Assembly (NCBI RefSeq): GCF_006345805.1
Contig: NC_043005.1
Location: forward strand, 34,782,001-34,846,000
Length of the DNA: 64,000 nucleotides
Origin: Octopus sinensis
Taxonomy: Eukaryota
Reading direction: 5' to 3'
Shown here one piece after another: positions 13,951 to 28,162 of this stretch. The notes beneath the pieces were generated by a model. That model was given only the letters and a program-made list of their open reading frames with translations. It did not search any database and was not told the DNA's origin. Both the position numbers and the translations under genes were made by a program. Positions within the stretch are counted from its first letter, which is position 1; every line of letters begins with the position of its first letter.

Positions 13951-15886
13951 GTAAATTGTACCAGAATAAACACATGTTAAATTTATTTAATGACCAAGAA
14001 GTTTGCTTTCACAGATTTCAAGGTTTAGAGATTGTTGTCACGGTTGTGACCCTAAGAGAGAAGACCCTATGGACACATAACAAAGAAAATAGATTCAAGT
14101 TGGTACTAAACTTGATTTTTAACAATTATATCCATTGCCATAAGAAAATTAGAGAATTAGGGATAGCTGAGGAACAATTTTTTTTAACTTGTCCAACACT
14201 GACCAACTTCAGATCATTTTTGGTTCTATGATAAAAAAAAATGTGAATTTATGATAAAAGAAAAATTAAGCTTTTTATCTTTATAGCTCAGACAAAATCT
14301 TCCATTATACTGTTCTGTTTCAAACACCAACATTATGGTTTCTTTCCTCAAATTCCATGTATGAGTGGTTGAAGGAGAGGGTTAAAAAAAAACAACTTTA
14401 AAAATAAAAGAAGCTGTGTCTATTTGCAATGGATGCACAGCCATAATATCAATCCAGGTATGGATCTTGCTATGAAGTCACAATGGGAACACTGATGATT
14501 TTGATTTTGCCTGGGATTAGGCAAATGTGTCTGTTGATTGCAGGATATAATTCTTTTATTGTTTTGTTTCTTCAACTCAAATTGTTTTGATGCATCATGA
14601 CACATTTTATGTCATACGGATTAATCTAAGCATTGACTTTCTCATAATGTCAAATTAAGCCGTAGAGACTTTAGTGATTCCAACTTATCCTTTTACCTAA
14701 GGACGCATCTTCCTTTACTGTTGTATCCCTCTACATGTTAAATATACAAAAGAATTTTTGGAATGCAGTCATTTTTCATTTGAACAACATTTTCTATACA
14801 ACTGCACTGAATTCTCAGTACACCAACATAATAATAAAAAAATTAGCAAATCTCTTAAATCCTTCTGAACTCTTAATCATTTTTCAAAGATATCTGAAAC
14901 TCATAGGTAAAGTATTTCATAAGACATATAGTCAAAAACGGATTAAGTTGCATACATAACATAATTGCTAAAAAACACCACAAAAGTTTTAGTAAATCAG
15001 TAGACTGCAGAAAATGGTAATGTTTAGTGTCGACCCAAAGTAATATAAATAATTCAAAAAGTGGAATAAATGTTATGCTGGGAGGAAGACAAAACAGACA
15101 GAACATTTCAGACGGAACCTTTTGGTGAAGAAAAGAAATGTCAGCTAGTATTGAAGAATAAATAAATTGAGATTAGGTGTTCCTTTCTTTCTTTCTTTCC
15201 ATCCATCCATCCATGTGTGTGTGTGGGGGGGGGGTGCATGCACATGCATGTATATATATTTATACATATCTATGGTTATGCTTGTTGAGTAACAACTTGT
15301 GTAAATGGTACACACACACACATATATATATATATACACACACACACACAAACACATATTTTATATATAAAGTAACAAACTAAGGAAAAATATTCCTTCA
15401 AAGGGGCATGTAAAGCATCTATTTCACTGGTACATATACACACATATACACACACGTATACATACATATATATATATATGATTTTTTAATTAAAATTTAT
15501 TACATTGTATTAAGTAATATGTATGTCCTAAACCTCTTTGCTTCATTGGACACAATAAAATGTGAAGATGGCTTTTTTCTTCCCTATGAAATGTTGTTTC
15601 TAAGAAACTCAACAATGAGGATGTTTGATTTGTATCTCTTGTCAGACCTTATATTAAAATATTAACACACACACAAAGTTTTATTGCTGTGGTAAAGTAA
15701 TTTACATGTCTGACCTGTCAACTGCACGAAAAATAGAAACCTCATTAATTTCCTAATTATATTGTTGTTGTTGCCCTAGGTCTTATCAAAGTCACATGAC
15801 ATGTAGGTTAGTTAGCCCAACAACAACAAGGAACAATCTACAAGTCAGAGTTATGTGCTCATCTCAGGAGGATTATGTAATAATTT

Positions 15887-16446
15887 AACAAGTCATCCCA
15901 TAAGTTCTGTCCAAATTTCCCTTTTTTAAAATTGAATGAAATTTAATAGTATTTTAGAATGTCTAATGGAATTAAAAATTATTTTTATGCATTTGTGTAC
16001 ATTTAAACTAATTAAATATTATTTTACAGAATAATAGAATTAAAATTTCTTTCATTAAAACCCTTTCTAACATGGAAGTATCCAAAGAGCATTTGAGGCA
16101 CATAATGCTTTATGAGTTCAAAAAAGGAAACTCTGCAGCAGAAGCAACTTGAAACATACACTCAGTTTATGGGAAAGAATGCTTAAATGAAAGAACTTGC
16201 AGAAGATGGTTTGCAAAATTCAGAAGTGGAGATTTCAGCCTTGAAGATGAAGATCGAACAGGATGTCCAGTTGAGTTTGATGATAAGTTCCTTGAGGCAT
16301 TACTTGAAGAAAATCCTGCATTATCACTTGAAGAATTGGCAATAAAGCTTAGTTCGAACCATACAACTGTTCATCGTCAACAACTTGGAAAGGTTCCTAA
16401 ACTTGGAAAACGGGTGCCTCATGGATTGTTCAAAAGCAACAGAATA
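15887..16446 (+). mobile_element. mariner DNA transposon, 5' half
   Basis: TIR-like ..gtcatcccataagttctgtcc at ~15890, followed by a transposase N-terminus. Truncated at the (TA)n array. Confidence 0.8.
16072..16446 (+). pseudogene. mariner (Mos1/SETMAR-type) transposase N-terminal HTH pseudogene
   Basis: MEVSKEHLRHIMLYEFKKGNSAAEAT*NIHSVYGKECLNERTCRRWFAKFRSGDFSLEDEDRTGCP...LGKRVPHGL (decayed WVPHEL). In-frame TGA at 16150-16152. Confidence 0.9.
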
Positions 16447-16475
16447 TATATATATATATAAATACATATATATAT

Positions 16476-16522
<47 letters not shown>

Positions 16523-16611
16523 TATATATATAAATAAATACATATATATACATATATACATACATACATATTTATATATATATACATAAATACATATATA
16601 CATAAAGACAT

Positions 16612-16662
<51 letters not shown>
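16446..16662. repeat. (TA)n-rich microsatellite
   Basis: Directly visible. Confidence 0.95.
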
Positions 16663-16667
<5 letters not shown>

Positions 16668-16912
16668 CATAAAAAGCACCATCCGTTCGTGGCCGTTTGC
16701 CAGCTCTGTCTGGCACCAGTGCGGGTGGCACGTAAAAAGCACCCACTACACTCACGGAGTGGTTGGCGTTAGGAAGGGCATCCAGCCGTAGAAACACTGC
16801 CAGATTTGACTGGGCCTGATGAAGCCTTCTGGCTTCACAGACCCCAGTAGAACCGTCCAACCCATGCTAGCATGGAAAACGGACGCTAAATGATGATGAT
16901 GATGATGATGAT
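16663..16912 (+). mobile_element. Young 5'-truncated RTE 3'UTR inserted in (TA)n
   Basis: Near-identical to the reverse complement of 53580-53820. Ends ggaaaacggacgctaaa(tga)n with TA repeats on both sides. Confidence 0.9.
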
Positions 16913-16929
16913 ATATATATATATATAAA

Positions 16930-17110
16930 TATTTATTATATATAATCCGTTCTGTGTGTGTGTGTGTCTTCTAGGATCTTGGGCATCCTCCATCCACTCA
17001 AATTTGATATGTAGATGCCGACGGTATCGGGACGTATATAAGTCTTAGAAAAATTACAAAAATCGATTCCAGGTGAGAATGCGATCGATAAACCCATGGG
17101 AAACCAGCAT
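16930..17110 (+). mobile_element. Probable Helitron-type non-autonomous element, 5' fragment
   Basis: TA-rich start, (TG)n, then ..caaatttgatatgtag..aaaaatcgat. Layout resembles the 5' part of 47926-48297 and is CpG-rich relative to the flanks. No 3' CTAG hairpin seen. Confidence 0.4.
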
Positions 17111-17755
17111 AAAATTTCTTCTTCCTCAGGTTTAGTACTATATCTTTGTCATACAGGAGTTTTCAGGAAATATTATCCAAATCTCAGTTTTGGAATATCT
17201 GGTTGTGCTCTAGATCACTGAATGAGTTGTTAGGTCACCATTCATAAAGAAAATGCTATTGTGAAAAATAATCAACTTTGGCTCTTTCTTAGTCAATGAT
17301 TTTACATAATTAATATGGTAGACTAAAGGAATCCTATTTAAATCCAATTTCCTGTTTCTGCTGATTATATTTATTTATTAACATTATGTAAATTAGGTTT
17401 TTAATTACAAATTGGTATTGCATTGACTATACCTTTCAGGAAGTCTGAGCCTCATTCTTTTCCATCCACTCCACTTTTCATTCTGATGTTTCAAATTAAA
17501 CCAATATAAGATGTCACTGTAATGATCATCTTCCTATCATTATTATTATTGTTGGTAGAATCAGTTGCTATAGAGATGATGTTCCAAGCAAAGCAGGTCA
17601 ATGATTTGATTCCAATCATAAGCTGACATCTGTTAGTTCACTCAATGCTCATGGAAAACCTACCAACATACCAAATTCTTAACACCCCTGCTACTATATA
17701 TAAATATATAATGTGTGTGTGTGTGTGTGTGTGTATGTGCATGTGTGTATATGTA

Positions 17756-17795
<40 letters not shown>

Positions 17796-17800
17796 AAAGA

Positions 17801-18162
17801 GAGTGGAGGTGCAATGGCCCAGCGGTTAGGGCAGCAGACTCGCAGTCATAAGATCGCGATTTTGATCCCCAGACTGAGCATTGTGAGTGTTTATTGTGCA
17901 AAAACACTTAAAGCTCCACGAGGCTCCAGCAGGGGTGGGTGGTGTGGTGAACCCTGTTGTACTTTTTCACTTTTTCTTCCTGTTTCTGTTGTACCTGTAT
18001 TTCAAAGGGCCAGCCTTGTCACACTCTGTGTCACGCTGAATCTCCCCAAGAACTACGTTAAGGGTACACGCGTCTGTGGAATGCTCAGCCACTTGCATGT
18101 TAATTTTACAAGCAGACTGTTCCGTTGATTGGATCAACTGGAATCCTCATTGACATAACTAG
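17801..18162 (+). mobile_element. tRNA-derived SINE family B
   Basis: A-box TGGCCCAGCGG and B-box-like GATTTTGATCCC in a tRNA-like head. A degenerate minus-strand copy of the 3' part lies at ~27530-27690. Confidence 0.8.
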
Positions 18163-18556
18163 TGGAGTGCTGTAGTAATATAAAAGAGAGATTCTGTCTG
18201 TTTGTGTGTGTGTTTGTCCCATAAAGTGAAAGTAAATGCTTCAAAGGAGGCAACACTAATTGTGCACATAATTTTGACGAACTGAATGGAGGCAAATATT
18301 CTCACTGGTTGTGGTAAACGTGACACTATCTTTGTTCCTCGCATACCAGTTATACCATCTTTTGCCATGAGCATTAATAAAAGTCAGGGCCAAACACTAA
18401 AAAGTTGCTGGGTTGCATCTTGAAGAACAAACACAAGTTCGTATATGAAATCCATCTTTATTTCTACTTCAATTATTACATGTTTTTCTCTTTTACAATA
18501 CACAAATACAGGATGAGTAAACCTAAATCTGACTGACAGGGCACATCATTTGTAAT

Positions 18557-18858
18557 CATCATCATCGTCATCATTTAACGTCCGCTTTCCATGCTAGCAT
18601 GGGTTGGACAGTTCAACTGGGGTCTGGGAAGCCAGGAGGCTGCACCAGGCCCAGTCTGATCTGGCAGTGTTTCTACAGCTGGATGCCCTTCCTAATGCCA
18701 ACCACTTCGTGAGTGTAGTGGGTGCTTTTTACGTGCCACCGGCACGGAAGCCAGTCAGGGCAGCACTGGCAATGGTCACGTTCGGATGGTTCTCTTGCGT
18801 GCCACAGGCACTGGTATCACAACTACAATTTCCATTGATTTTGATCAATTTCGATTTC
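18557..18858 (-). mobile_element. 5'-truncated RTE 3'UTR
   Basis: Matches 53580-53950, including the caatttccattgat..tttcgatt block. Confidence 0.88.
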
Positions 18859-18870
18859 ATATTATTTATA

Positions 18871-18906
<36 letters not shown>

Positions 18907-19531
18907 CTTTATTCTCTCAATGTCAGAAATTATTTCATCAATTGCAGTTATTTAGCCCCAAGATATCTCTGACTTAGCAGCAGACTTGTAATCACAAGTA
19001 CTCCAAACATGGCCATCATATCTTTTACTGTATCTAATCCATGTGTACGGCATAATGGCCTGCTTGGGTAGCAGACTCAACCTATCACCTGGTTTTACAC
19101 CCCCAGCTGGCACCTTGGGTGCCATTAATTAAGTTCACTCTGTTGCAAGCTTTCATCCATCTCTTGTTTAAAGATGATACTTTCCAAACCTTCACTCTAG
19201 CCTAGAAATCCTTGTGAAGGATCATGGGCTTTGCCTTTCCACTTAACTAAAAGAGTTTTTAAAAGATTGAGCAAGAAACAATGAATGTGAAATGGGTGCA
19301 GAGAGAAATGATTGGAATTTTGGAATCATAGATTACAGGTATGAATCTCTAAAAATTTCATTGCATCTCTGAGTTGAACACCATATTCTATATTACTTCA
19401 TTCCACATGGCTACTGACTAAAATAGATACCAGATCACCATGAACTATTATTTGTAATTGACCAATGACCTATTCAGGGAAAAATTCATGTTACTTCATG
19501 TTGTGCCTAACACACATGTAACCCTAGTTAA

Positions 19532-19748
19532 CCATTTTGTTACTCTATTTCTGCTGAAACATACCGCTTTCATTTCAATTAATTTTGAAAATAATGAATC
19601 CATAAAAATTAATTTGCCCTTATTAAGCTGGTATTTGGAACATAAATTAACATAAAATTTCAAAGGAAGGTTTTAATTTAGATAAGTTTAAAACAAAATG
19701 TGTATCATAAAAATAAAGGCAGTCTCAAGTGACTTCGTATCAAAAGGG
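19532..19748 (+). mobile_element. piggyBac-type MITE, family 2
   Basis: TTAA flanks, termini CC(A)TTTTGTTAC...GTATCAAAAGGG. Shares ttattaagctggtatttggaacataaatta with 28163-28376. Confidence 0.7.
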
Positions 19749-20849
19749 TTAAAGAGCAACTCTCAGGGATATCTCAGGACTTTGCTGACATTTACATCAA
19801 TAATCAAGAGGCAAGTATCAGAGAGCATTCAATGAAACAAGATTACAACCCACTTAACAATTTTGGGGATATATCCAAAAATTCATGTCACCTCTAAAAG
19901 TATACAGGCTTGTTTATAGATAATGAAAAGGAGAAGATAATAATTAATACTGAATCTAAGTGTTAATGTGTAAACCCAAAACTTGCAGAACAAAGTGAGT
20001 TGGCTCCTCATTGCTGAGGTCAGTAATTTAACAGAAAAGAGCCACCATTATTGTACACTAGATGTATTCTTTTGAACTTGAAAGAAAATAACAAGCAATC
20101 TAAGACAAATGTAAATAAAATAGATATGCATTGTCTCCCTAACAATCAAATCCCCATCATTCTTTTCCTCCTACCACCATCCATTGATATTCTTTCTCTT
20201 TTCTCTTCTTTCCTTTTTCACCTGCCAATGTTTTTTATTTGTTTTTGTTATTTCTTTCTCTGACATGGTTTTATCTGCTCCTTTAACTAACAAGATCAAA
20301 CATTTCTTAAATAAACAAACAATGGGGAAACAGCTGAGTGTTATAAACATGCCCTGGAGGGTCAAGAGAACACAATTATTTCCTTGTCTAATGAATCATA
20401 ATAGAAAAGACAAAACAACAACTACAAAACCTACCCCTTAATAATCTGACAAAATTACACACCATTGTTACAGATGAATAAGTATTGGAAATGAGGGGGT
20501 GGAACAACTGGGGGTAGATGGAGGTGGACAGTAGCAAAATATAATAACAGGAGAGTAGTGAATGATTGTCTAGAAATCTCAGAAGCCATTTCTCAACAAT
20601 ACTACAAATATTGATTGTTATTAATGCCACAATACTAAAATATAGAGTAAATAGCTTCATGAAGCACTGCCTTCCATACTACTCACGTTTGAAGTAAAAA
20701 TATTTAGCAGATCATTATTATTACATTTGTATTATCATCAAGAGAGTCATACATGAGTAGAGTACCCCTTCTGCATCACTAGACATCTTGTGCTTAATTT
20801 AGAAATCATCATCATCACTAGTAGTAGTAGTAGTAGTAGTGATATTGGA

Positions 20850-21480
20850 ATTGCTCTTGTTATTATTTCTGCTTCTTTACATTCCGAGTTCCAATCCCAC
20901 CAAGCTTGCTACATTCTAAGTTCAAATTCCACTGAGGTCAACTTTGCTTTTCATCCATTCAGGGTCAATGGTATTGAATAACATTAAAAATTTCTCATCT
21001 TGTACCTAAGTCAAAAACCATTATTATTATTATCACCATCATTACTATTACAGCACCAAGCTAGGAGAATTGTTAGCATGTTGGGCAAAATGCTTTGCAG
21101 TATTTCTTCTAGCTCTTAACATTCTGAGTTCAAATTCTGCCACGGTCAACTTTACCTTTCACCATTTCAGGGTTGATGAAATAAGTACCAGTTACACACT
21201 GGGGTCAATATAATGAACTAAGATTTCAGTCCTAGTGGCTAAAGTAGAAAGAATTCTGCTTCTTATTATTATCTATTTAATCAACTCTGAAAAGATAAAA
21301 GGCAAAGTTGACCGCATCAGAATTTCTCATCTTTTACCTAAGTTTAAAACTATTAATATTATTATCATCATCATCATTTCTATTAAGGCACTAAGCTGAG
21401 GTCAATGTAATCAATTAACTGTCCCCGTACTCCTGAAAAATTTCAGGCCTTGTGGCTATAATAGAAAGAATTATCATGAT
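20850..21480. mobile_element. Cluster of SINE family A fragments in both orientations
   Basis: Repeated ttctgagttcaaattc..ggtcaacttt.c.tttca blocks, one inverted fragment near 21275-21325, and (ATT)/(ATC) spacers. Confidence 0.7.
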
Positions 21481-21742
21481 TATCATTATTACTATTATTA
21501 TTCTTAACTAGAAACTGTTAGAGCATCAGATAAAATGCCTTGAAGTATTTATGTGAGTGTACACAGAATGTGTGTGTGTGTGTGTGTGTGTGTAATACAC
21601 ACACAAATACACATAGATAGATAGATATACATGTACACACACAAATGCGTGTGTGCATATACATACATATATAAATATTTATATATATAAATACTTATAT
21701 ATATAAATACTTATATATATATATATATATTTATGTAAATAC

Positions 21743-21779
<37 letters not shown>

Positions 21780-21780
<1 letters not shown>

Positions 21781-22165
21781 AAGGAGGTATGCACATGTTG
21801 CATGAATAATATAAATTTCTGTGAAAGACACAGTACTGGTTGTGAGAACAAGTGAGTGTGGAAGTAGTTAACATGATGTATCCAAGAGATACAACATCAC
21901 TCACTGGTATGGACATGTGATGTAAGTGAGAGATGAGTGCCATTGTTGGAAAAATAGTAATGGTGGTGGTGGAGTAGCTACAAAAGAAAGAAATTGAGGA
22001 AGGAGGTGTGGGAAGAAGTAATGAGGTCATATCTCAGGATGGTAGATCTTGTAGATGAGATAAAACCACCAAGATGGGTGGCGATAGGCTGTACAGCAAA
22101 ATTTATCTAACCTATGCCAGCATGGCAACAAAAAAAACAAACATTACAATGTCAATGATGATGAT
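21780..22165 (+). mobile_element. Old RTE LINE 3' end
   Basis: Translates to ..LRKEVWEEVMRSYLRMVDLVDE..DGWR*AV, followed by an RTE-type tail tctaacctatgccagcatgg...(gat)n. Confidence 0.55.
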
Positions 22166-22174
22166 ACATATATA

Positions 22175-22178
<4 letters not shown>

Positions 22179-22255
<77 letters not shown>
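22179..22255. repeat. (TG)n microsatellite
   Basis: Directly visible. Confidence 0.95.
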
Positions 22256-22256
<1 letters not shown>

Positions 22257-22488
22257 GCTAAATCATAAGAATGTTCTTTCTAAATTTTTGAGAGAACATC
22301 AAATAATTCTTTTTTAGAACAGTGGATCTTGAAGTAAATATGTACATGCTATTATTTATAGCATGTAAACATTGGGTTGGAAAACCCTTTTCTTGATAAG
22401 AAAAACGTCAAAGGCTTCTATTTATAGCTTTATGTGCTTCAAGATCCACTGCTACAAAAAAGAATTTTATAAATACACACACACACAC

Positions 22489-22530
<42 letters not shown>

Positions 22531-23559
22531 CATGCACACTCATACAAAAGCATACATTCTTATTCAAACAGTCATTGCTACATATATAAAATTATCCTGT
22601 AGTATTAAACATCATCAGTATTTGATGTTAATACACGACCATATTGACATCAGTTCCATGCGTCTTGGATCCAATATCACCCTATACATACAACCAGCAC
22701 ACCATCATCATCATCACTAACTGTTGACCAGTTTCAAGACTGGCCATTCCACTGACTGCTCAACCCAACTAGTTAAGGTAGAGCAGTGCCTGTTACAATT
22801 ACTTAATAACAATAGTAATTTCTATTTCTATCTTTGGCACAAAGCCAGGAATGAATGGAGAGAGAGGGGGAGGGGGAGAGGGAGGGAGAGAAAGAGAGTA
22901 TCGTCTATTGAATTAAGCCCCTGCTGTGTATTTTATTGAACCCAGAGGAATGAAAGACAAAGTCAATGCCAGCATGATTTGAACTCAGAACACAAAGAAA
23001 GATAGCAAAATTGTATTAAACAGTCTAGTGCTCTACTATTACTGTTACTTCATAATTAATAAAGTTAATGGAGATACTAGCCATGATGACTTCTTTTGTT
23101 AGTCCCAAGAGCAAGAAATGAGAGGGGTCACTACAAACATAAATTACAAAAACAGTGGAGGAATGGGGTTCAAAGAACTAATTCTGAAAAAACAGACAAG
23201 GAACACAACACAATGTGAAGAGAATGAAATGAACCCTACCAATATGAGAAGCGGGGACAACCACCTAGGGCCAATGAGGGAAACCCACAAAACCAAAATT
23301 ACATTAACTCACTTGAGCATATGCCCCCCCACCACCTAAATCTGTTTTCCAGCCTCCACACAGCTTGTATGTATAAGGTGATGTTGCAACTTTTATTAAA
23401 CTACTTGGAATTTGCTGAATAGAAAAGGAAAGTTAGAAGAATGTGCAGACCCTATAATCTAGGGATACAAAATCAATGAAAACAAACAAAAGAACTTTCC
23501 CTACAAAAGCATATGAAACATTTTTTGTTAAGTTTGCTTCATACACCAGCTTAATCATT

Positions 23560-24345
23560 GGAAAATTCTAGCAGAAAGTCAACAAGTTTAAGGGGATGGG
23601 ATAAGTCGATAGCAGCAATCTCAGTGCTCAGATGGTACTTAGAGCTGGAGGAAATGTTGCTAAGCATTTTGTCTGATGCTCTAATGATTATGCCAGTTCA
23701 CCACTATGAGTGATGATAATAATAATTGCTTTTAATATAGGCGCAAAGCTCAGGGAGGTGAGCTGGCAGAAATGTTAGCATGCCAGGCAAAATGCTTAAT
23801 GGTATTTTGTTCATCTTTACATTCTGGGTTCAAATGCTACCAGAGTCAACTTAGCCTTCCATCCTTTCAGGATCTATAAAATAAGTACCAGTTGAGCACT
23901 GGGGTTGATTTAATTGACTTAGTCCCTCCCCTGAAATTGTGGTCCTTGTGCCAAAATTTGAAACCAATACAAGTACAAGGTTTGAAATTTTGAGGGAGGG
24001 GCTTAGTTGATATCATCAATCCCACTACCTGACTGGTATATTATTCTATTGATCCCATAAGAGTGGAAGGTAAAACTGATCTCAGTAGCATTTGAACTCA
24101 CAATGTAAAGAACCAGAATAAATGCTGCTAAACATTTTATCTGATGTGCTAATGATTCTGCCAGTTCAGTAATAATAATGGTTTCAAATTTTGGCACAAG
24201 GCCAACAATTTTAAGAGAAGGTGGGTGTGCTAGTTGATTTCCTTGCTCCCAGTACTTAACCGGTCATTTATTATATCAACCTGAAAGGATAAATGACCGC
24301 TGCAGGATTTTGAATATATTTCTAATAATTCTGTCAGTGTACCAC
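23560..24345. mobile_element. Four SINE family A copies in alternating orientation (-,+,-,-)
   Basis: Copies at about 23560-23705(-), 23755-23970(+), 23975-24170(-) and 24180-24345(-). Confidence 0.8.
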
Positions 24346-24724
24346 TCTTATGCTGTTGATAATGGGTAGTAAAGAAATGAATATTTGACAATGGTATTAT
24401 GCTACATATTTCAAGGGACGAGTATATCTAATTGAACTGATCCTCGGACAAGCCTTTCATTACATCTCTGCCAACAATAACAAGAATGAGCCAATGAAAG
24501 AGCTCACTGGTGATCCTTAGTGATCTCTTAACCTTTTAGATATAGCAACCAAATCACATCCCATTGTTTTATATACAGAAAAGATACTTTAGATAATGAA
24601 GTTTTAGATGTCCTTAAAAAGACAAAGTAGTCACCTCTGAAATACCTTTGATGGTAGGTCTGCTAGACAGATAACTATGATGGTGTTAAGACTGCAACAG
24701 CATTGTTATACATCTAAAATATTT

Positions 24725-25095
24725 TCATTATCATTTGAATGTCCAGTTTTCCATTTTTGCATGGGTCAGATGGAATTTGTTGAGGCAAATTTTCTCAAAA
24801 AAGATACCATTCTTATTTGTTTCCAAGTAAGTAAATATTTTCCCATAACCAGACATGCCTTGAAAGATTGGAAATGAAAGACACTGCTTGCATGATGAGG
24901 ACTCTTGTTGACAACCATTACACAAAGTCAAGAAGACAGCAACACACACACACACATAGTTTCTGTTTATCAAAATCCATTCATAAGGTTTTGGTTGGCC
25001 TGAGGCTATAACAGAAGATAATTTCCCAAGGTGCCATGCAGTAGGACTGAACTTGAAACCTTGTGAAAATTTCTTGCCACACACCATACCTGCAA
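24725..25095 (-). mobile_element. SINE family C head joined to an RTE-tailed 3' part
   Basis: The right part is a family C head. The left part has tttgaatgtccagttttccat..gcatgggt (RTE-type tail). Similar composites occur at 37290-37580(-) and 51328-51697(+). Confidence 0.6.
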
Positions 25096-27931
25096 TGGGT
25101 TTATCAAAATTATTAGCAATAATATTTAAGAGAATGTTTGTTTCTAAACTGTTCGTAGAAATCTAAGATATTTCATAAAAACACCACAGAATTTATGTCA
25201 CATGCAGAAATACTTGTGTAGTTCACTCATCTGGTAGCTCTGCTCTTATTTTAATGTTATTTAAACATTTGGGATGTAAATCAAACAGTTGCTTTTAATT
25301 ATTATATTTCTTTTTCCTTTTTTTTTTCTCTGGTGGAAATAGTTTTCTTTGAGTGAATAAATAATGTAAAGGTCTTGGTGTTCTGGCTGGAGGAGTAAGA
25401 CTTATTGGAAATATGATGTGTAATGGATGGTCTGTGAATATGTATGTCTATGCTGTTTTTCTTGCTTAGGTAACTATTTTTCTTGGCTTTTATTCAGTAT
25501 TAAAAGAATCTCTCCACCCACAGTTGTAGAGAAGGAAAAATAAAATGTTATAGCTAAAAACAATAATGACTATAAGAAAGAAATAGAAATAACAAATAAA
25601 AAATAAGGCAATTTCATAAAAGAAAGAAAACACAAAAACAATAAAAATACTGATATCTGGTTTATGATAAAGTATCTTGTATGTGAAATAATTTGGATGG
25701 AGCAGTAGTAGAAGTAGTAGTAGTCGTGCTGGTAATGATACAACAGGTCAAAAAGTTAGGTAGTTAGGGAGTGTGTAGAAATTATCCAGGTGGATAACTG
25801 CAGAATTACTTTTGGAAATTTGTAATGAAAGAAAGGAGGACAGAAAGTATGGAATGAAAGATGGTATGTAGGTGGTGAGTGGAATAGGTACAGGGCTGGG
25901 AGATTCAGTTAAAAGGAGAAATGGAGAGGAAATAAAGAAAAAAAAAAAGGTAATTTAAGGAATGTCCAGTCTCATAATCTTGGAATATAAATAAAATAAA
26001 ATAATGAAAAACAAGCAAAAAAAAAGGGAAATTTATGTTTTGGAATGATTCAGAATGGAGTCATTACAGACTCATTGGCAGGAAACTTATTAAAGGTGAA
26101 ACAGGCAATTAAGTAAGATATGAGGGTTAGTTGGTTTAATGATCAACCTAGCACCAACCACTACATACACAGGTCATATACTGGCTACAACAAATATATA
26201 TATCGCACAACAAACAGCAACACAACAGATGTCTTGCTCATCACACATACTCAAAGACTACAAGACATACATGTACACACATATGTGCACAACATACAAA
26301 ATCCCCACCAACACACACACACATACATATATACCATTAGACACTATACAACACCATCTAAAAAGCCAAGTCCCTCTCCCCTCACTAAACATATTCTGTC
26401 TTACTCTCTCTCACACACACACTCATCATTAGACACTATACAATGTTCATAATCTACAACAAACAGAGTATACACAACCCAATGATGTAAACCTGACATT
26501 TACTTCTCAGGCAGAAAACTAGGAATCAGAGTTCAGTATATTATTGTAAAAGAAACACTTTTTTTTTTAGACATTTTGATAGGGACTAGGGATACGGGTT
26601 GTGTTGTTGATAATGTGGGCAGGCATGCATAAGGGTGGGGGATGATAGATATGGTAGAGTGGTTGATGATGGTCGAGGTGATGCTTGGGCGGGGGTTGGG
26701 TGTTATTAATTGTGAAAGTGCAAAAGAAGATGATAATGGGGTAAGGAATGTGTGATGGGTTAATAGCAAAGGTAATGATGTGGAGGCTACTGTTGATAGT
26801 TAATGTGGAGATGTTACTGATAAAAGTGTTGAGGTGGGATGGTTGGTAAGTGGTGGTGGAAGTGGCAGTAGTTATGTGGAAGGAGTTGTTGGGGGGAAGG
26901 ATCTTTAATAAACAGCCATGGGGATATTGATAAGAAGAGAGTAAGGTCATGATGAGATTGTTGGTAATGTAAGGATTAGTATCAGAGATCTAAGAAATTA
27001 TTGACAGAAGCAGTGGGTATGTGATGGACATTAATGGGAAAATATACAGTTTTATTGGGAAATATGGATATCAAAAATGGAGCAGAATTGAAATTCTTAA
27101 TCAAATCTAATGCCCAATTGCACACAAAAATTGACCAGTGATGATGATGATGATGATGATGATGACAGTGGTGGTAGTGGTGCAGAAAATGGTAATGATC
27201 AAAATATCACTTGGCAGACATTCATAACCTTCAAGAACAGGCAAGAAAAATTTACTTTCTCTTCCTGAACATTTGTCAAATCCCCAACCCTTCAAAAAAA
27301 AAAAAAAAAAAAAATTGCCACAATAATCAATATTCAAGAATGTATAACTAAAACCACCAGGCTTCAACATATCTGATGCCTTCTCATAGAGACCACACAC
27401 ATACCACTGTAAATTAAAGGACTAATAAACTAGTTATGTATATTACAATTAATATATTTTATAAAATGTTTGATTTTATAGGATTATAAAAAATACAGTA
27501 AATGAATCATTAATCAGTTTCAATAATAAGTGATCCAGTTGTTTGATCAATAACATATCAATCTGCTCATTATATTAGAATATAAGTGGCTGAATATTCC
27601 ACAGACAAGTGTACCTGTAACATAATTCTCAAGTAGAATCCAAGCAGTGCAGAGCTAACAAGACTAGCCCTTTTAATTACAGCAACAATTCACCCACCAA
27701 CAGGCTTCCACAGTCTGTCCATCCAATTTCAAATCACAAGACTTGGTTTGGCATGAGTTTATGGAAGAAGATATTTACCCAAACTGCTGTTGCACAAAGG
27801 GATCAAACCCTCAACACTCCATAATTACAAAGTGAACCTTTTAACCAGTCATACCTGGGCCATAGCTGTACCACAAACATGACACAGACTACACCCTAAA
27901 TAAAACATCACATTAAATGTATAATTACATT

Positions 27932-28140
27932 GGTCTCAAATTATTGGCACAAGGCCAGCAATTTGGAGGAAAGGAGTAAGTCAATTACATTGACCCCAGT
28001 GCCCAAGTGGTACTTAATTTATCAACCCCAAAGGGATGAAAGGTAAAGTCAATCTTGGCAGAATTTCAATTTGGAACATAAAGATGGATGATATACCACT
28101 AAGCATTCTGCTTGGCATGCTAACAATTCTGCTAGCTTGC
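27932..28140 (-). mobile_element. SINE family A
   Basis: tgaccccagtg..tggtacttaatttatcaaccccaaagggatgaaaggtaaagtc. Confidence 0.8.
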
Positions 28141-28162
28141 AGCTTTAAAATGTATTATTACA

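Noticed and set aside
16816-16845. CTGATGA-AGCC-TTCT-GGCT hammerhead-like start in the RTE 3'UTR
   Set aside because: Followed by TCAC rather than GAAA, and other copies read CTGGTGC, so the core is not conserved.
16324-16860. 178 aa ORF and similar ORFs (5506, 18604, 53728, 61422) sharing '[21 protein letters not shown]'
   Set aside because: They are antisense translations of the RTE 3'UTR running into microsatellites, not a gene family.
17801-17880. Possible tRNA gene
   Set aside because: The B box is degenerate, there is no clean cloverleaf, and it continues into a SINE body. The same applies to the heads at 28793 and 57197.
19040-19340. Possible L1/Tx1 ORF2 C-terminus and 3'UTR relic (also 23090-23340)
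   Set aside because: Resemblance too weak to support without an alignment.
26540-27060. G/T-rich stretch with minus-strand ORFs of 78 and 127 aa
   Set aside because: Low-complexity strand-skewed sequence that is depleted of stops by composition; no motif recognised.
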